The notes under the pieces are model-generated. The model was not told the DNA's origin and ran no database searches. It saw only the letters and a list, made by a program, of their open reading frames with translations. A stretch of 64,000 nt of DNA, taken from Lobosporangium transversale (Eukaryota). This document shows, piece by piece, positions 51,392 to 63,467 of the stretch. A program made the position numbers and the translations under genes. Numbering within the stretch: the first letter of the stretch is position 1; every line of letters starts with the position of its first letter. The stretch lies in the NCBI RefSeq assembly GCF_002105155.1, contig NW_019028994.1:372001-436000 (forward strand), in the 5' to 3' direction.

Positions 51392-51889
51392 CTAGTGGAC
51401 AGGAGTGAAGTTCCAAGGCTGCTTGCCTCTGGGATTGCCATCGGAGAGGAGAGCAATGCGCTTGGGATATACAGTGTCAGGAGTGACATCGACATTGAGC
51501 CACTTGCCATGGACCTTCACTGGGTACACGATCTTGTACTTGCCGTCATCAGCCTTTTCGAGCGTCCACTTCTGGCTAGTGCCACTAACAGCCAAGTAAG
51601 CATACTCCTTGGCACCAGATCGGCTCAATGAGAGGTATCGCTGGTGGTATCCGCGAGGAGAAAGAGTGACCTTGTCACCAGCATGGTTACGGAGATACCA
51701 TTCCTGATAATAGCCAGGAGCTGACAGAGACTCCTGGTAAGTGGCAGGCCAGTACCCGGTGCCTCCTGTTTTAGTGGTGATATAGCGGTTATCGATGGAG
51801 ATGCGGTAGTATCCATCAGGGAGAAGCGCAGCCACGGCCACGTTAACGATTGCGAGGGCTGTAGCCAAGAAAGCGAGTGGTTGATACAT
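51392..51889 (-). CDS. Family B copy B6, 165 aa
   Basis: The mature protein is identical to B5. Confidence 0.8.
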   Translation of the reverse strand: MYQPLAFLATALAIVNVAVAALLPDGYYRISIDNRYITTKTGGTGYWPATYQESLSAPGYYQEWYLRNHAGDKVTLSPRGYHQRYLSLSRSGAKEYAYLAVSGTSQKWTLEKADDGKYKIVYPVKVHGKWLNVDVTPDTVYPKRIALLSDGNPRGKQPWNFTPVH

Positions 51890-53238
51890 CCTATTCAATA
51901 GTCGCAGACATAGCAAAGCGTTAGCATGAGATATAGTCCGTTAAAAGAAAATATAACGACAAACCCCTGTCAGAGCGGTGCTCAGGATCAGGTAAGAAGG
52001 CTTACCTGAAAAGGTTGAGTTGAAGAAGTAGGCTAGAGAAGGAGGCTAAAGAAGTAGGTAAGACAGGTAGAGTGCAAGAGCTGTGAGCGTTGGTTGATGA
52101 TTGAGGATTGCTCTGAGGAACCCGTCCTTTTTATATGGATTTTGTCTTCTTTGTAACGTCTAGATTGACATGGCCGCGCAGCCAGCTTTACGTACCTGAT
52201 AGTTACTCCCAGGGGTTCTAGATAAGTAAGTACGCGCAGCTCGCAACTATAGCCAATGAGACTGATGTTTAAAGTGCCTTTGTTCTTTCATGCTTTCCTT
52301 CCAACGGTCTACTCTTCCTCCCGATGATGTATCTCGCAGATAGGCCATGTTTCATTGATCTAAACGCAGCGACTTCATTGTCTAAAGTGTGAATTCGCAC
52401 TTTTATTTTTAGGAGGGCCAATCCATGTGCCTGTTCTCTTTTTTATTTTTATTTCTTCATACTTTTTACCTTGTCATCCATCGTGTGCTTCTAATCACTA
52501 GAGTCGCGAAGAGGCCCAGACATAGCCCATCATAGAAAGGTGAGGCTTCTCTAATACAACGAAAATATACAAGGACTGAGAAGAGTATAAGCCTTGACCT
52601 CAGGAATATGTGAATATCTTGGACTTGAAGCCTAAATTAGTGGCAATTTACTAAATCAGTCTAGAGTTGGTTCCAGACCTTTCTTTTTTAACACCCCACA
52701 TCATAATTGCTGGGAAACGAAACCTATAGACTGCAGTAAAATGTCGCAAAGAACAAAGGAAAGGCAGAGTTTTATTAGGCATCAGTCACATGAGCTGATG
52801 TTGATAGGCTATGCTTCATTGTCAGTTGGCTGTATTTGTCTTTGGCACCGCCATTTGCCTCACAAGGCCGCCGCAAAGTCCCTTCCTTCCTGCCAACCAA
52901 TATTTGTCCTGGCTGGATGGCTTTAAGTACTTAAAATAACTCGTGCCAACTATGGCTTAAGCCATAGATTTCCTCTATCCTAGGAATAAGAAAGGAGATT
53001 GTATACATGTACTATACTCTGTACTTATTGAACAAGTCAACACTCTTTTATACGTGCTCATCAAGCATGTGCGAGTGATTCAATATCCTGTTTTGAATAG
53101 AACTATACCCGGTTGGGCCAGTAATAGCTGTTAACAAAGCGCTACCTTCGGTATATTATGCTATATTTTATCCGAGCTATGAGGTCTCCCTCCTTAACAT
53201 TAATTAGTCTATCCTTGAGCACTAACACCAGCAATGTC

Positions 53239-53440
53239 CCTTGACCTAACGGTACTCACTCCAACAAGTTGGTCCCCAGCAACCGTCCCGCACACTTCCA
53301 CATGAACGACTGTTCGCTCTTCGAACCCCGCCATCAGTCTACGAAGGGCTACAATCCCCCTTACAAAAAAGGGATAGGGAACTTACCATACTGAGGCGAT
53401 ACACATCAATCACCCTAGCTATTTAACAGAATTACGATTG

Positions 53441-53473
<33 letters not shown>

Positions 53474-56260
53474 AATCAAGCCGAAAAAGACCAAGCGAAT
53501 TTCTTCCACTCCACGTCTGTAGTGGATGCAGTCGTCCAAATCATGTGCATAGCTCATGCCCAAATAAGGAAGAGTAATTTAACAGTCGTAGAGAACTTTT
53601 TTTTTTGACACAGTGGTTGGCGCATGCTGAGCTTAAGCTTATATGTACATCTTCTATAACTATAATAGCGCTACCAGCAACCATGTACAGGATGTTGGGT
53701 CAATTCAAAGACAAAGGTTCCTCATTTTATATTCAAGCGCTTTTCATTGGTTTTTGATTCTTTTTTAGCCTCCCATCATTATTACTTACCCGGAGGGCAA
53801 GCACCGCCAACCAGCCTCCTACAGCGTATAAATGCAGTGTTTGCAGTTGCAGTTGGTTTTAGTTTTAGTCACGTGTAGAGAGTTCGCCACCAACTATTTA
53901 ACGAGCAACAGCTCAGGAAAATCTGGCTCCTTGTTCCTTATTTTTACACAAGAGCCATTTGAGTACTGACTGTTCTCGTTCAGTCTTTGAGTAGTGTGTG
54001 TGTTCTTTTTATTGTGTTAGAATTATTTTATCTATCTGCAGCTGGAAGTGACCGGCTTCACAATCCACCAAAACGACCTAAATCTCCTACCGCATCTGCC
54101 CCTAAATTTTACAACATTGCCTAGGGTATAGTTGAAGAGCATATCCAAGCAATAAAGGGGAGTTTTATTTTCAACGGTTCGATTTTGCCGCTCTCTCATC
54201 AATAGACATTAAAACCTTAGTTTTCCCCTTTTCACTGCTTTAATAGCATTGCTAGTGGTTCAGCGCGAAATGGTACTAGGCCTATACGCACACGAAGTAT
54301 CGCTTTTGAAGGTGGTGAAGATGAAAACGAAAGACCCGTGCAAAGACAAAGGCGCGCTACTTTTTGTTCGATTTTTTATTGACTTATTGTATTATACATT
54401 ATAAGTTCTTAATCTTACACCATTACCATTTACCATTGACCTTCAGAATACACAAACGTGAAGATGACCCTTCCTGTTGAAGATAACTCCTTTGCCGAAG
54501 ACAACTCCCTACCACTCGCTAGAAAAAGGTTTCGGTAAGACTTGGTTTCGGCTCCCAATGTTATGCATTAGGTAAAGCACAAAGAGAAGATAAACATGGC
54601 GAAGCAAAAAACAGGAAGAGCCAATATATGGCAGAGTAGAAAATACATAGTCCACAAACATGGCGAAGTAAGAAATAAAGAAAACATGAACATATCAAAG
54701 TAAATATTAGACCTGTTCCTAAATCGACAGAGAATTGAGTCAGAGAATTAAATAAAGGAACAGGCATAATGACAGGTAATCAGAAATGTGTAAAGCAGGC
54801 AAAGCAAGGGAATGCAATCACATTTGGTAATATAAACTCAACCTTTATGTACTTCCTTTAGATCCTTATCAAATTTTTCAGAAACCTCAAGTGGTATGAA
54901 ATTACAATTCACTCCCCTTGTACACTCAAATAAATATTTTCCAATGTTCTCCTAACAAACTTCTCTCTCTCTAGGCCCAGGATGATGATCATATGCGCTG
55001 GTTGCGACACTCCTTGGGTTGAAGGCTTTTTTCTGAATGAGGAGGAATTGAAGGAATGGAAGAAACAGATGCCTCATTCTGGAAATTTAAATATTTGCTA
55101 CGAGTGTTATGAGAAGATCAAGTCAATTGCAGAGAAAACAACTTGGGATATTGCTCTCAATATTTTTCGTGTAGAGAGAAAGGCTGGCAGGAAACTGTTT
55201 ACTCCAGATGGCTTTGATCTTTACAGATAGTAGCCAAACATAGTGACGGCCACAGGCTATTGTTTGGCAAAAGGGAGATAATGAATTGTTACTGTAATTT
55301 GCAATGAAAACAATTTTTTTTAAATTACGAATTTTGCAAACTAATCTTATTGGGTGGCGTCCCGAAGGGTGATTATATTTATGACTTGTGAACTTCCAAC
55401 GTGCTGGCGTGCTAGAATTCAATGAAGGAGTAAGAGTCGACATTGAAGGACCAAAAAGCAATACCACTATGAGCGCTTGGCTGCCACAAGCCATTAATTA
55501 TACCCTATGATAAGTTTTCCTGCCCAAATCTTATACTAAGTTCGACCGTAAAAAACTGCGGCTGCCAAGAAGGTGAAGTGGCTGCTATGAAAAATGAAGG
55601 ACAACTTGAGTCCCGACCTGGCAAGGTCCTCATAAAATCCATGGAGAATAAAATGTAGCGCTCTCCGTTGTATGTCTTGCAAAAGCATCTGTACAAATAA
55701 AATTTTTTGAGTGTCCTCTGTCGATACCTTGCTTGAGCATAAGCAAAAACTAGCAAAAACTAGCAAAAATAAAATATGATGTTACTGACAAGGCCGCTTA
55801 TTTTTTTCTATACATCTCAAGTAGAGGCTCATACCGATCTCTCTTTTAGAGAGGTCTTTGTCAATTATAAGCTTACTACTTAATAAACCTTTTGTAATTG
55901 GTAACAGACTAACCAAAAGTGGCATCAGTGCTCTGGTCTCTAGTAGTGTGGATACTGGCAGCTGTGAACGCGGCCACCGATCTTCTTCCAACATTTTTGA
56001 CAGCTTTTCAAGGAGATGGTAACACATGGACTAGCTGCCCTAAAAAATGGCCCACTGAATGGTCTACGAAGGACGACCTATTCACTTTGTCAGAGGTGCC
56101 ATTGACGTATGTCCCACCCATACCATCCTTTTGGCTCGAGTAGATGCAGATCAGATTTGCAGGGTAGAGAAGTCTTTGTTTATTTTCTTTATTTCTCGTG
56201 GTACACATTATACAAAAATGATGGATTTTTGGGTTAAATAAACACTTGCTCGAAGTGTCT
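53239..56260. other. ~3-kb foreign insert replacing part of a module; contains exon-like segments including a CxxC...CxxC ORF (54975-55230)
   Basis: Module homology stops at gcaatgtc (53238) and resumes in CGI121 intron-2-like sequence (~56262). The ORF CAGC...CYEC follows a ctctag acceptor. Confidence 0.5.
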
Positions 56261-56261
56261 A

Positions 56262-56415
56262 TTAACAATCTCCACAATACGTCCTTTTATGGCTTTTAGC
56301 TTTGGCCAATCATTGGCTAATATAATTTAGCAATTTCTTTTTTTCATGCAAAGATCGCAGAACCTCTGAAATGCTTTGGAATCAATATCCTTAATAACAG
56401 TCAAGATTGGTAGGG
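56262..56415 (+). pseudogene. CGI121: Degenerate CGI121 remnant (intron 2 and part of exon 3)
   Basis: gatcgcagaacctctgaaatgctttggaatcaat...cagtcaagattggt matches 5039-5108 with a deletion. Confidence 0.7.
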
Positions 56416-57551
56416 GGCATTATTTAGTTACATCCCTGGTTATATATAAGCTTACAGGTGTAAAACGCGGGGCGCAAACCAGCTCTGTGCGGACCACGAT
56501 TTGACTACAAATTTATATGTACCCAACACATGCCCACCACATAGCCAACAGATGGCTGGTGGAGGTGATAATGAGCCAGTAAGTGCGGTTGATACAGAGC
56601 CATGGACAGGACCGCATACAAGCAGACTAGAAGAGCACTTTGCGAAGACATTGAAGCGCCTTATTCGCTCAGTGGGGAGAATATTATCTCACTCAATGAA
56701 GAACGATTGTTGGATTTCGATTTCGATTATGATCATTGCTTGATTGTTACCACATTCATAGATCGATACATTAAAAAGCTTTTATAGATGTTTCGGGGAG
56801 AGACTGATTCCCGGCTATAGGTCCCAAGTATTCTTCTATTCAACTATAGTGCATTGTGCAGGAGTGCAACAAGCGATGTCTGAGGTGGACATAAGGCTAA
56901 CAGTCTTTTTTTTTTTTTTTTTTTTTTTTTTTTCACTACAAGGCCCCTCAAGGCCATGGGATCTATTTTTAAACAAAACGACCGAGGTAGAGGGTATCAG
57001 GCAAATGCCCCATAGTACTAGCAACATGTGTATTTAGGATGTGGTTAAATTGTATGTTGCCAACAGGTAGATTTCGGTGCAACATGGAGCTACAAACAAG
57101 CATGCTCTTTCTCTAGCCACACATGAGGCATCTATTCACACTATGACGACATTGTCAATGTCATCCATTCAAGTTCAAAGATTCTAGCCAAATGGAACAT
57201 TACCAAGGTCCATTAGGGGGGCAGGCTGAGAAACATTGTTATATTTACGGTAGTAAGCGGTTCAGCCAAAGACTACTGGCTCAAAAACAATCAATGCAAC
57301 GAAGAAGATCAATATGCAGTATAGCGCTGAGGAAAAGTCTAAGATGAAAGAAGTATGCAGGAATATCTAAAAAAAAAAAGGAGCACCTCCCCCTATTGAC
57401 ATTACCAAGTCGAATAGTCTCACAGGCGCCACTAAGTGAATCAATCATTTTGGCCTGCACCACCGTCTCTATACTGGTGTGGTATCCTCCATTTACTGTA
57501 TAACCTTTGTGTTTAAAGGAACAGGCACGCGAGGTCATCACAACAAGGGCA

Positions 57552-57587
<36 letters not shown>

Positions 57588-57697
57588 TTTTATTTACTTA
57601 ATAGAATTCAGAGGTTACAAATATCTGCGTTATGGAAGAATTGCCTTCGAAGCTGAACTGAAGCTGAACTGAGGACTTGGTCTGAACTTTCGACTAT

Positions 57698-58312
57698 TTA
57701 CTCGTCATCTTCGTCATCGTTGTGCTTGTCAACTTCGTCATCGTTGTGCTTGTCATCTTCGTCATCGTCGATGACGGCTTTCAGAAACCTCCACTCCCTG
57801 GTGTAGTCTTCTTGGTCTTCACCCCTAAAAGTAACCCAGTTTGGCTTATTAATATCCTCGTCACGGGAGTTGCCCTCGCTGGCAACAAGTGTCTGGTTGT
57901 AGTACTTTATTGGGTGAGTGAGGATGTATCTGGTCCAAATGTTTTCCCCAACCGAGGTAAAGAACCACTTTCGTCGCTTTTCAATAACACCCAGATGCGC
58001 TCCTGGAAGGATGCCAGGTCTTCCTTCCGAGAGGAATTTTCTCTTATCTGCGTTCTTGTCATAGACTTCAAGGGACACCCTGCCTTTGCCATGGTTGCGA
58101 AGTCGCCACACTTGAAGTTTAGCTTCATCTCTGGGCTCAAGTCTCACGGAGCCAACATTAGCATTTGGGTAAGCAGTGAAGTAGCGGTATGTTCTGGGCA
58201 AGCGGTGCTTTCCTTTGCAAATACGATAGTAGCCGTCAGGGAGCAAAGGCTCCGCAATGGCCACACTAATGATCGCAAGGATCGCAATCAATAAGACGGT
58301 GACTTGGTGCAT
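57698..58312 (-). CDS. Family A copy A8, 204 aa (most divergent)
   Basis: Signal peptide, EPLLPDGYYRI and QVW/RKW/REW motifs. The tail has a duplicated DKHNDDE unit. Confidence 0.8.
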   Translation of the reverse strand: MHQVTVLLIAILAIISVAIAEPLLPDGYYRICKGKHRLPRTYRYFTAYPNANVGSVRLEPRDEAKLQVWRLRNHGKGRVSLEVYDKNADKRKFLSEGRPGILPGAHLGVIEKRRKWFFTSVGENIWTRYILTHPIKYYNQTLVASEGNSRDEDINKPNWVTFRGEDQEDYTREWRFLKAVIDDDEDDKHNDDEVDKHNDDEDDE

Positions 58313-60214
58313 ACTATTCATTAGATATAGGCTTTGTGAGTACAGAGGACTAGATTGAATGGACGCTTTTATGACAAAAGTAATGGTATACGAAATAGGG
58401 TCTAAAAACTTATTCTCACCTTGAGGTAGGTCGACTTGAAGTAGTGGGGCGGATGTGTATGAGGGATAGAGATATGTTGTTGGACAGGGGTAAGCTTTGC
58501 TTTTATATATGTTTTTTTTTCCTCATGTGTAATACTGTACGAGGAACCCTTGGCGTAGAGCTGCAATAGCGCGTGGTATGTTACACAAAACACACGGCAT
58601 GCAAAAAGAAATCACGAGTGATGAATGGGCCCTCCTTTCTCTAAATTTAACGCGGCGTTTGTACGGGAAAATGCTGAGGTCACGCAAGATCGACAAATCT
58701 GGCCAATTAATTTGCATTGTTGACATGGCGTCTCTTATTGACATCTACTTTTTTTTTCTGGTCCAAATATCCAACTGATCTGAACGCAAAGACCTCATTG
58801 TTACCGAGAATTGGCTTATTTTTAGACTACGCCGCCTCACCTTAAATATCTGTGCCTCAATAGGTTTCTCTTTTCTTACAGAACTCGTTGGTTGTCGAGA
58901 CCAGTTACTATTTCTAGCTTTTTTTTTCTTCCTATTACTGAGAGGCCACTATCTTATTTATTGACTTGCTTGTCATAGTTGGATGCGATCAGCTTCACAA
59001 GTCGTCATACCATTTAGGCAACAGTGTCAAGTATATAAAGCGAGATCTGTACGGCGTTCTATAAATTGCCAGAAGTTACTAAACGTGGCAATGGTCATAG
59101 TAGAAAATATTGAGAGTTTTTTTTTTATTTATTTTTTTTATAATATTGTTAATATGAGGTGCTCGTTGAGTGTCAGACTACAGATAAAAAAAAAAAGGAA
59201 AATATCCTTAGACTCTCCTAGTGATGTCACCTCTATTTTCTCCCAAGGTAGCACATTTCTACTTGTGTTTATAACAGAAACATTACTTTAAAATGGCTAG
59301 CTCATTTTCAAAAATAAAAATAAAATTTAAAAACCACCATCTTTTGCTAGAAATCAAGGTAAAAGAAGGAGTGCCGCCATGACATTGACCAAGACAGGAA
59401 CAAGAGTGCCATCACCATAGTAGCTTAGACATGAGCTGAGTTTGACTTCATTTTACATGCACCGCCTGAATTCAGGAGAACCTGCACAGACAATCACAGA
59501 CAGGTTTTGCAGGTATACTCAATCATCGATGTATCATGAAAAATGTACTCATTCATGCCTGCAGGAGTGAAGGACAATCCCCATGGCTTTAAAGGAGAGG
59601 ACTATGGACATTCTCACTAAGCCTCCAATGACACCCTGACTTTGGCTGTAGCAGTAATGGTAACCTAGGATTACATCTGCAAGCAAAAAGGAGAGGACTC
59701 CCTTCTTCTTCGGAAAGAACCCCTTTCTTTTTGTACTCGAGTTTCCCAGATGAAAAGGAGCCAGAAAGCTACCTTTATCCTGCTCAGGAGTCGAGTTGGC
59801 TGGGAAGGCTATTAAAACCAGTTGTGGGCCCATAGATCAAAGCAGGTCAGCAGTGCTCGGTAAAATTGCTTACTTTACATCTTGGCGTCCATGTGTTCCT
59901 AGTTACCTCAAGTCATATGTACCAATGCAAATGAAAGTTACAGATAAAGGAGCTTATTGTTTTCAAGTCTTGCTCAGATTCCGCTTTGTAAGACGACCTT
60001 TTTGTATTGTCGCATATTTACTATTTACTCCATGGGAATCCTGTATAATGCACAAAGGGTCTATCTGATCGCTTTATTGCCTTTATGTTCATACTTTCAT
60101 TTCTATTTTTTTTCAAACACTTAATACTATAACAGCAGCGAGACTATCCTCAATATCTAGGACAAGGCCTTTGAGGGTTTCATTTAGTTTCAAAAGGATG
60201 TCAGAGGCTCGCCT

Positions 60215-60712
60215 CTAGTGGACAGGAGTGAAGTTCCAAGGCTGCTTGCCTCTGGGATTGCCATCGGAGAGGAGAGCAATGCGCTTGGGATATACAGTGT
60301 CAGGAGTGACATCGACATTGAGCCACTTGTCATGGACCTTCACTGGGTACACGATCTTGTACTTGCCGTCATCAGCCTTTTCGAGCGTCCACTTCTGGCT
60401 AGTGCCACTAACAGCCAAGTAAGCATACTCCTTGGCACCAGATCGGCTCAATGAGAGGTATCGCTGGTGGTATCCGCGAGGAGAAAGAGTGACCTTGTCA
60501 CCAGCATGGTTACGGAGATACCATTCCTGATAATAGCCAGGAGCTGACAGAGACTCCTGGTAAGTGGCAGGCCAGTACCCGGTGCCTCCTGTTTTAGTGG
60601 TGATATAGCGGTTATCGATGGAGATGCGGTAGTATCCATCAGGGAGAAGCGCAGCCATGGCCACGTTAACGATTGCGAGGGCTGTAGCCAAGAAAGCGAG
60701 TGGTTGATACAT
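60215..60712 (-). CDS. Family B copy B7, 165 aa
   Basis: Near-identical to B2-B6. It combines the HDKW and IALL variants. Confidence 0.8.
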   Translation of the reverse strand: MYQPLAFLATALAIVNVAMAALLPDGYYRISIDNRYITTKTGGTGYWPATYQESLSAPGYYQEWYLRNHAGDKVTLSPRGYHQRYLSLSRSGAKEYAYLAVSGTSQKWTLEKADDGKYKIVYPVKVHDKWLNVDVTPDTVYPKRIALLSDGNPRGKQPWNFTPVH

Positions 60713-60764
60713 CCTATTCATTAGTCGCAGATATAACGAAGCGTTAACAGGGGAGGCAGCCTGC

Positions 60765-60809
<45 letters not shown>

Positions 60810-63467
60810 AAAGCAAAGCAAAGACAATAGAGCAACCTGCTAGCGCAGTACTCAGGAACAGGAGATAAGGCTTACCTGAGAAGGTTGAGTTGAAGAAGTA
60901 GGCTAGAAAAGGAGGTTAAAGAAGTAGGTAAAGCAAGTAGAGTGCAAGAGCTGTGAGTGTTGGTTGATGATTGAGAATTGCTCTGAGGAACCCGTCCCTT
61001 TTATATGGATTTTGTCTTCTTTGTAACGTCTAGATTGACATGACCGCGCAGCCAGCTTTACGTACCTGATAGTTACTCTCAGGGGTTCTAGATGAGTAAG
61101 TACGCGCAGCTCGCAGCTATAGCCAATGAGACTGATGTTCAAAGTGCTTTTGTTCTTTCATGCTTTCCCTCCAACGGCCTACTCTTCCTCCCGATCATGT
61201 ATCTCGCAGATAGGCCATGTTCCATTGATCTAAACGCAGCCACCTCATTGTCTATGGTATGAATTTGCATTTTTATTTTTAGGAGGGCCAATCCATGTGC
61301 CTGTTCTCTTTTTTATTTTTATTTCCTCATACTTTTTACCTTGCCATCCATTGTGTACTTCTAATCACTAGAGTCGCGAAGAGGCCCAGACATAGCCCAT
61401 CATAGGAAGCTGAAGCTTCTCTAATACAACGAAAATATACAAGGACTGAGAAGAGTATAAGCCTTGACCTTAGGAATATGTGAATATCTTGGACTTGAAG
61501 CCTAAATTAGTGGCAATTTACTAAATCAGTCTAGAGTTGGTTCCAGGCCTTTCTTTTTAACGCTCCACATCATAATTGCTGAGAAACGAAACCTATAGAC
61601 TGCAGTAAAATGTCGCAAAGAACGAAGGAAAGGCAGAGTTTTATTAGGCATCAGTCACATGAGCTGATGTTGATAGGCTATGCTTCATTGTCAGTTGGCT
61701 ATATTTGTCTTTGGCACCGCCATTTGCCTCACAAGGCCGCCGCAAAGTCCCTTCCTTCCTGCCAATCAATGAGCAGCAAAGCACACTTGCCCTGGCTGGA
61801 TGGCTTTGAGTGCTTAGAATAACTCGTGCCAACTATGACTCAAGCCATAGATTTTCTCTATGCTAGGAATAAGAAAGGAGATCGTATACATGTACTGTGC
61901 TTTGTACTTATTGAATAAGTCAATACTTTTTTATACGTGCTCATCAAACATGTGCAAGTGATTCAATATCCTGTTTTGAATAGAAGTATACCCGGTCGGG
62001 CCAGTAGTAGCTGTTAACAAAGCGTTACCTTCGGTATATTATATCGCATTATATTCTAGTTCAACAGAAGCGGCTGAGGTACAGCCATCCTATCTCTCCG
62101 CAACATGAGACGAGACTTCTCAGATAAATTATTCTTTCGTTGAGCGCTAATACCAGAACAAGCTATTTATATGCATTGGGCATAGACTACGAAGCAACAT
62201 GGCGTGTATCTCAGTACTCAACTGAAGAAAGCAAGCTATTGCATGGTATAAAGGTGTGTAGGGCTATGCTTATGGTTTCTGCAATGTCATCCACTGATAC
62301 ATTCTGTCAATATCCAGATATCATAGGTAAAATCTCAGATATTTTGGCCCTGAGATATCATGGGCGCTAGGCGCGTGCCAGAATTCTGAGCCAATGAACG
62401 GTCCAAGCGTTGGAATCAGGAACAACCGCTAGCGAGTTTGTCAGAGCTCATATCCAATCAAGTTGCAAAGGCCTGTCACACACTTTACTCCATTACATTA
62501 GCGCAAAATCAAGTGATGCTAACATATCCGGGCCGTTTTCTTACTAATAAAATCTTCACAAACCCCTGACTCTAATCCTGATCACAAAGGCAGGAACTGT
62601 ACAACAAACCATGGCCCCTCTGAGTGAACTCAACATTAAGTTTTTATTTATTTATTTGAAAAAATATTTTTCTTTACAATAAGAAGAGTATATACATATG
62701 TATAATATATATATATATACATATATATATATAAATATGGTGGATCTGGGTACTATGGGGACGTGGGAAACCGATGGCAGCTCTCCCTCTTTGTAATCCA
62801 ATCCCTGGCTCACGCGGTCATTATGCATGGATACTCCGAGGCCAATCAACTTGGCCTGCATTCCCACGTCATGGTGCAACCGTACGCTTAAAAGAATTTG
62901 TTGTCCGAAATACAAAGTTCAGAATTTGTGCCCTGAATTCAAGATGTTTGTACTCTGCAAATGATGTGGGTTGGTGTGCATTGGTTCTCTCCTCCAATAA
63001 AACCAAACATTTTATGCGTTTTGTTGATGATAGGCTGGACAATGCCAATGCGGTTGTAAGATTAGTCATGGAATTGAGAAAGCTCCTTCGTTGGCAAGCA
63101 TACAACGCGTCCATTAAACAAAAAGTGTGTCTAGACCAGGGAAGGCAGATCGGAGCATTTGTGGGTTTGTTTGCATGCTAGCAAAGCACACTGAACCGTT
63201 TGTACGGCTGATTCTTGCTTTAATGCATGTATAGATTTAGATGGCCGGCTCTGTGTAGGATGCGGAAAATCTTTTAGGTAACTTTGATTGAAAAAACTAA
63301 TCTTCAGATGGTATTATGCTATCCGCTAATGGGTCATAATACTATAAAAACCAAGGTGGGCTATCCTTAACAACTCTTCTATCTTTTCTTCACGAGTCTC
63401 AACTCTCTTACCTTATCCTTCCTTCCTCCGCTTTTTTTTTTTTTAACAAACAAGCCCATTAGACACC

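Larger units (their letters stand above)
4720..62042. repeat. Segmental amplification array of a ~6.5-7 kb CGI121-fragment/A/B module with inversions
   Basis: Spacer, promoter and gene sequences recur throughout. Modules are on the minus strand at ~5-23 kb, the plus strand at ~26.8-47.1 kb and the minus strand at ~47.1-62 kb. Boundaries are approximate. Confidence 0.9.

Noticed and set aside
53237..56262. Helitron interpretation of the second insert (TC start, acactt-gctcg-aagtgt hairpin near the end)
   Set aside because: There is no A|T insertion site, no CTRR terminus at the proper spacing and no RepHel sequence, and host DNA is deleted at the site.
62050..63400. ORFs 62774..63181 and 62869..63114 and a (TA)-rich microsatellite
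   Set aside because: No recognisable motifs or convincing exon structure; an ordinary simple repeat.
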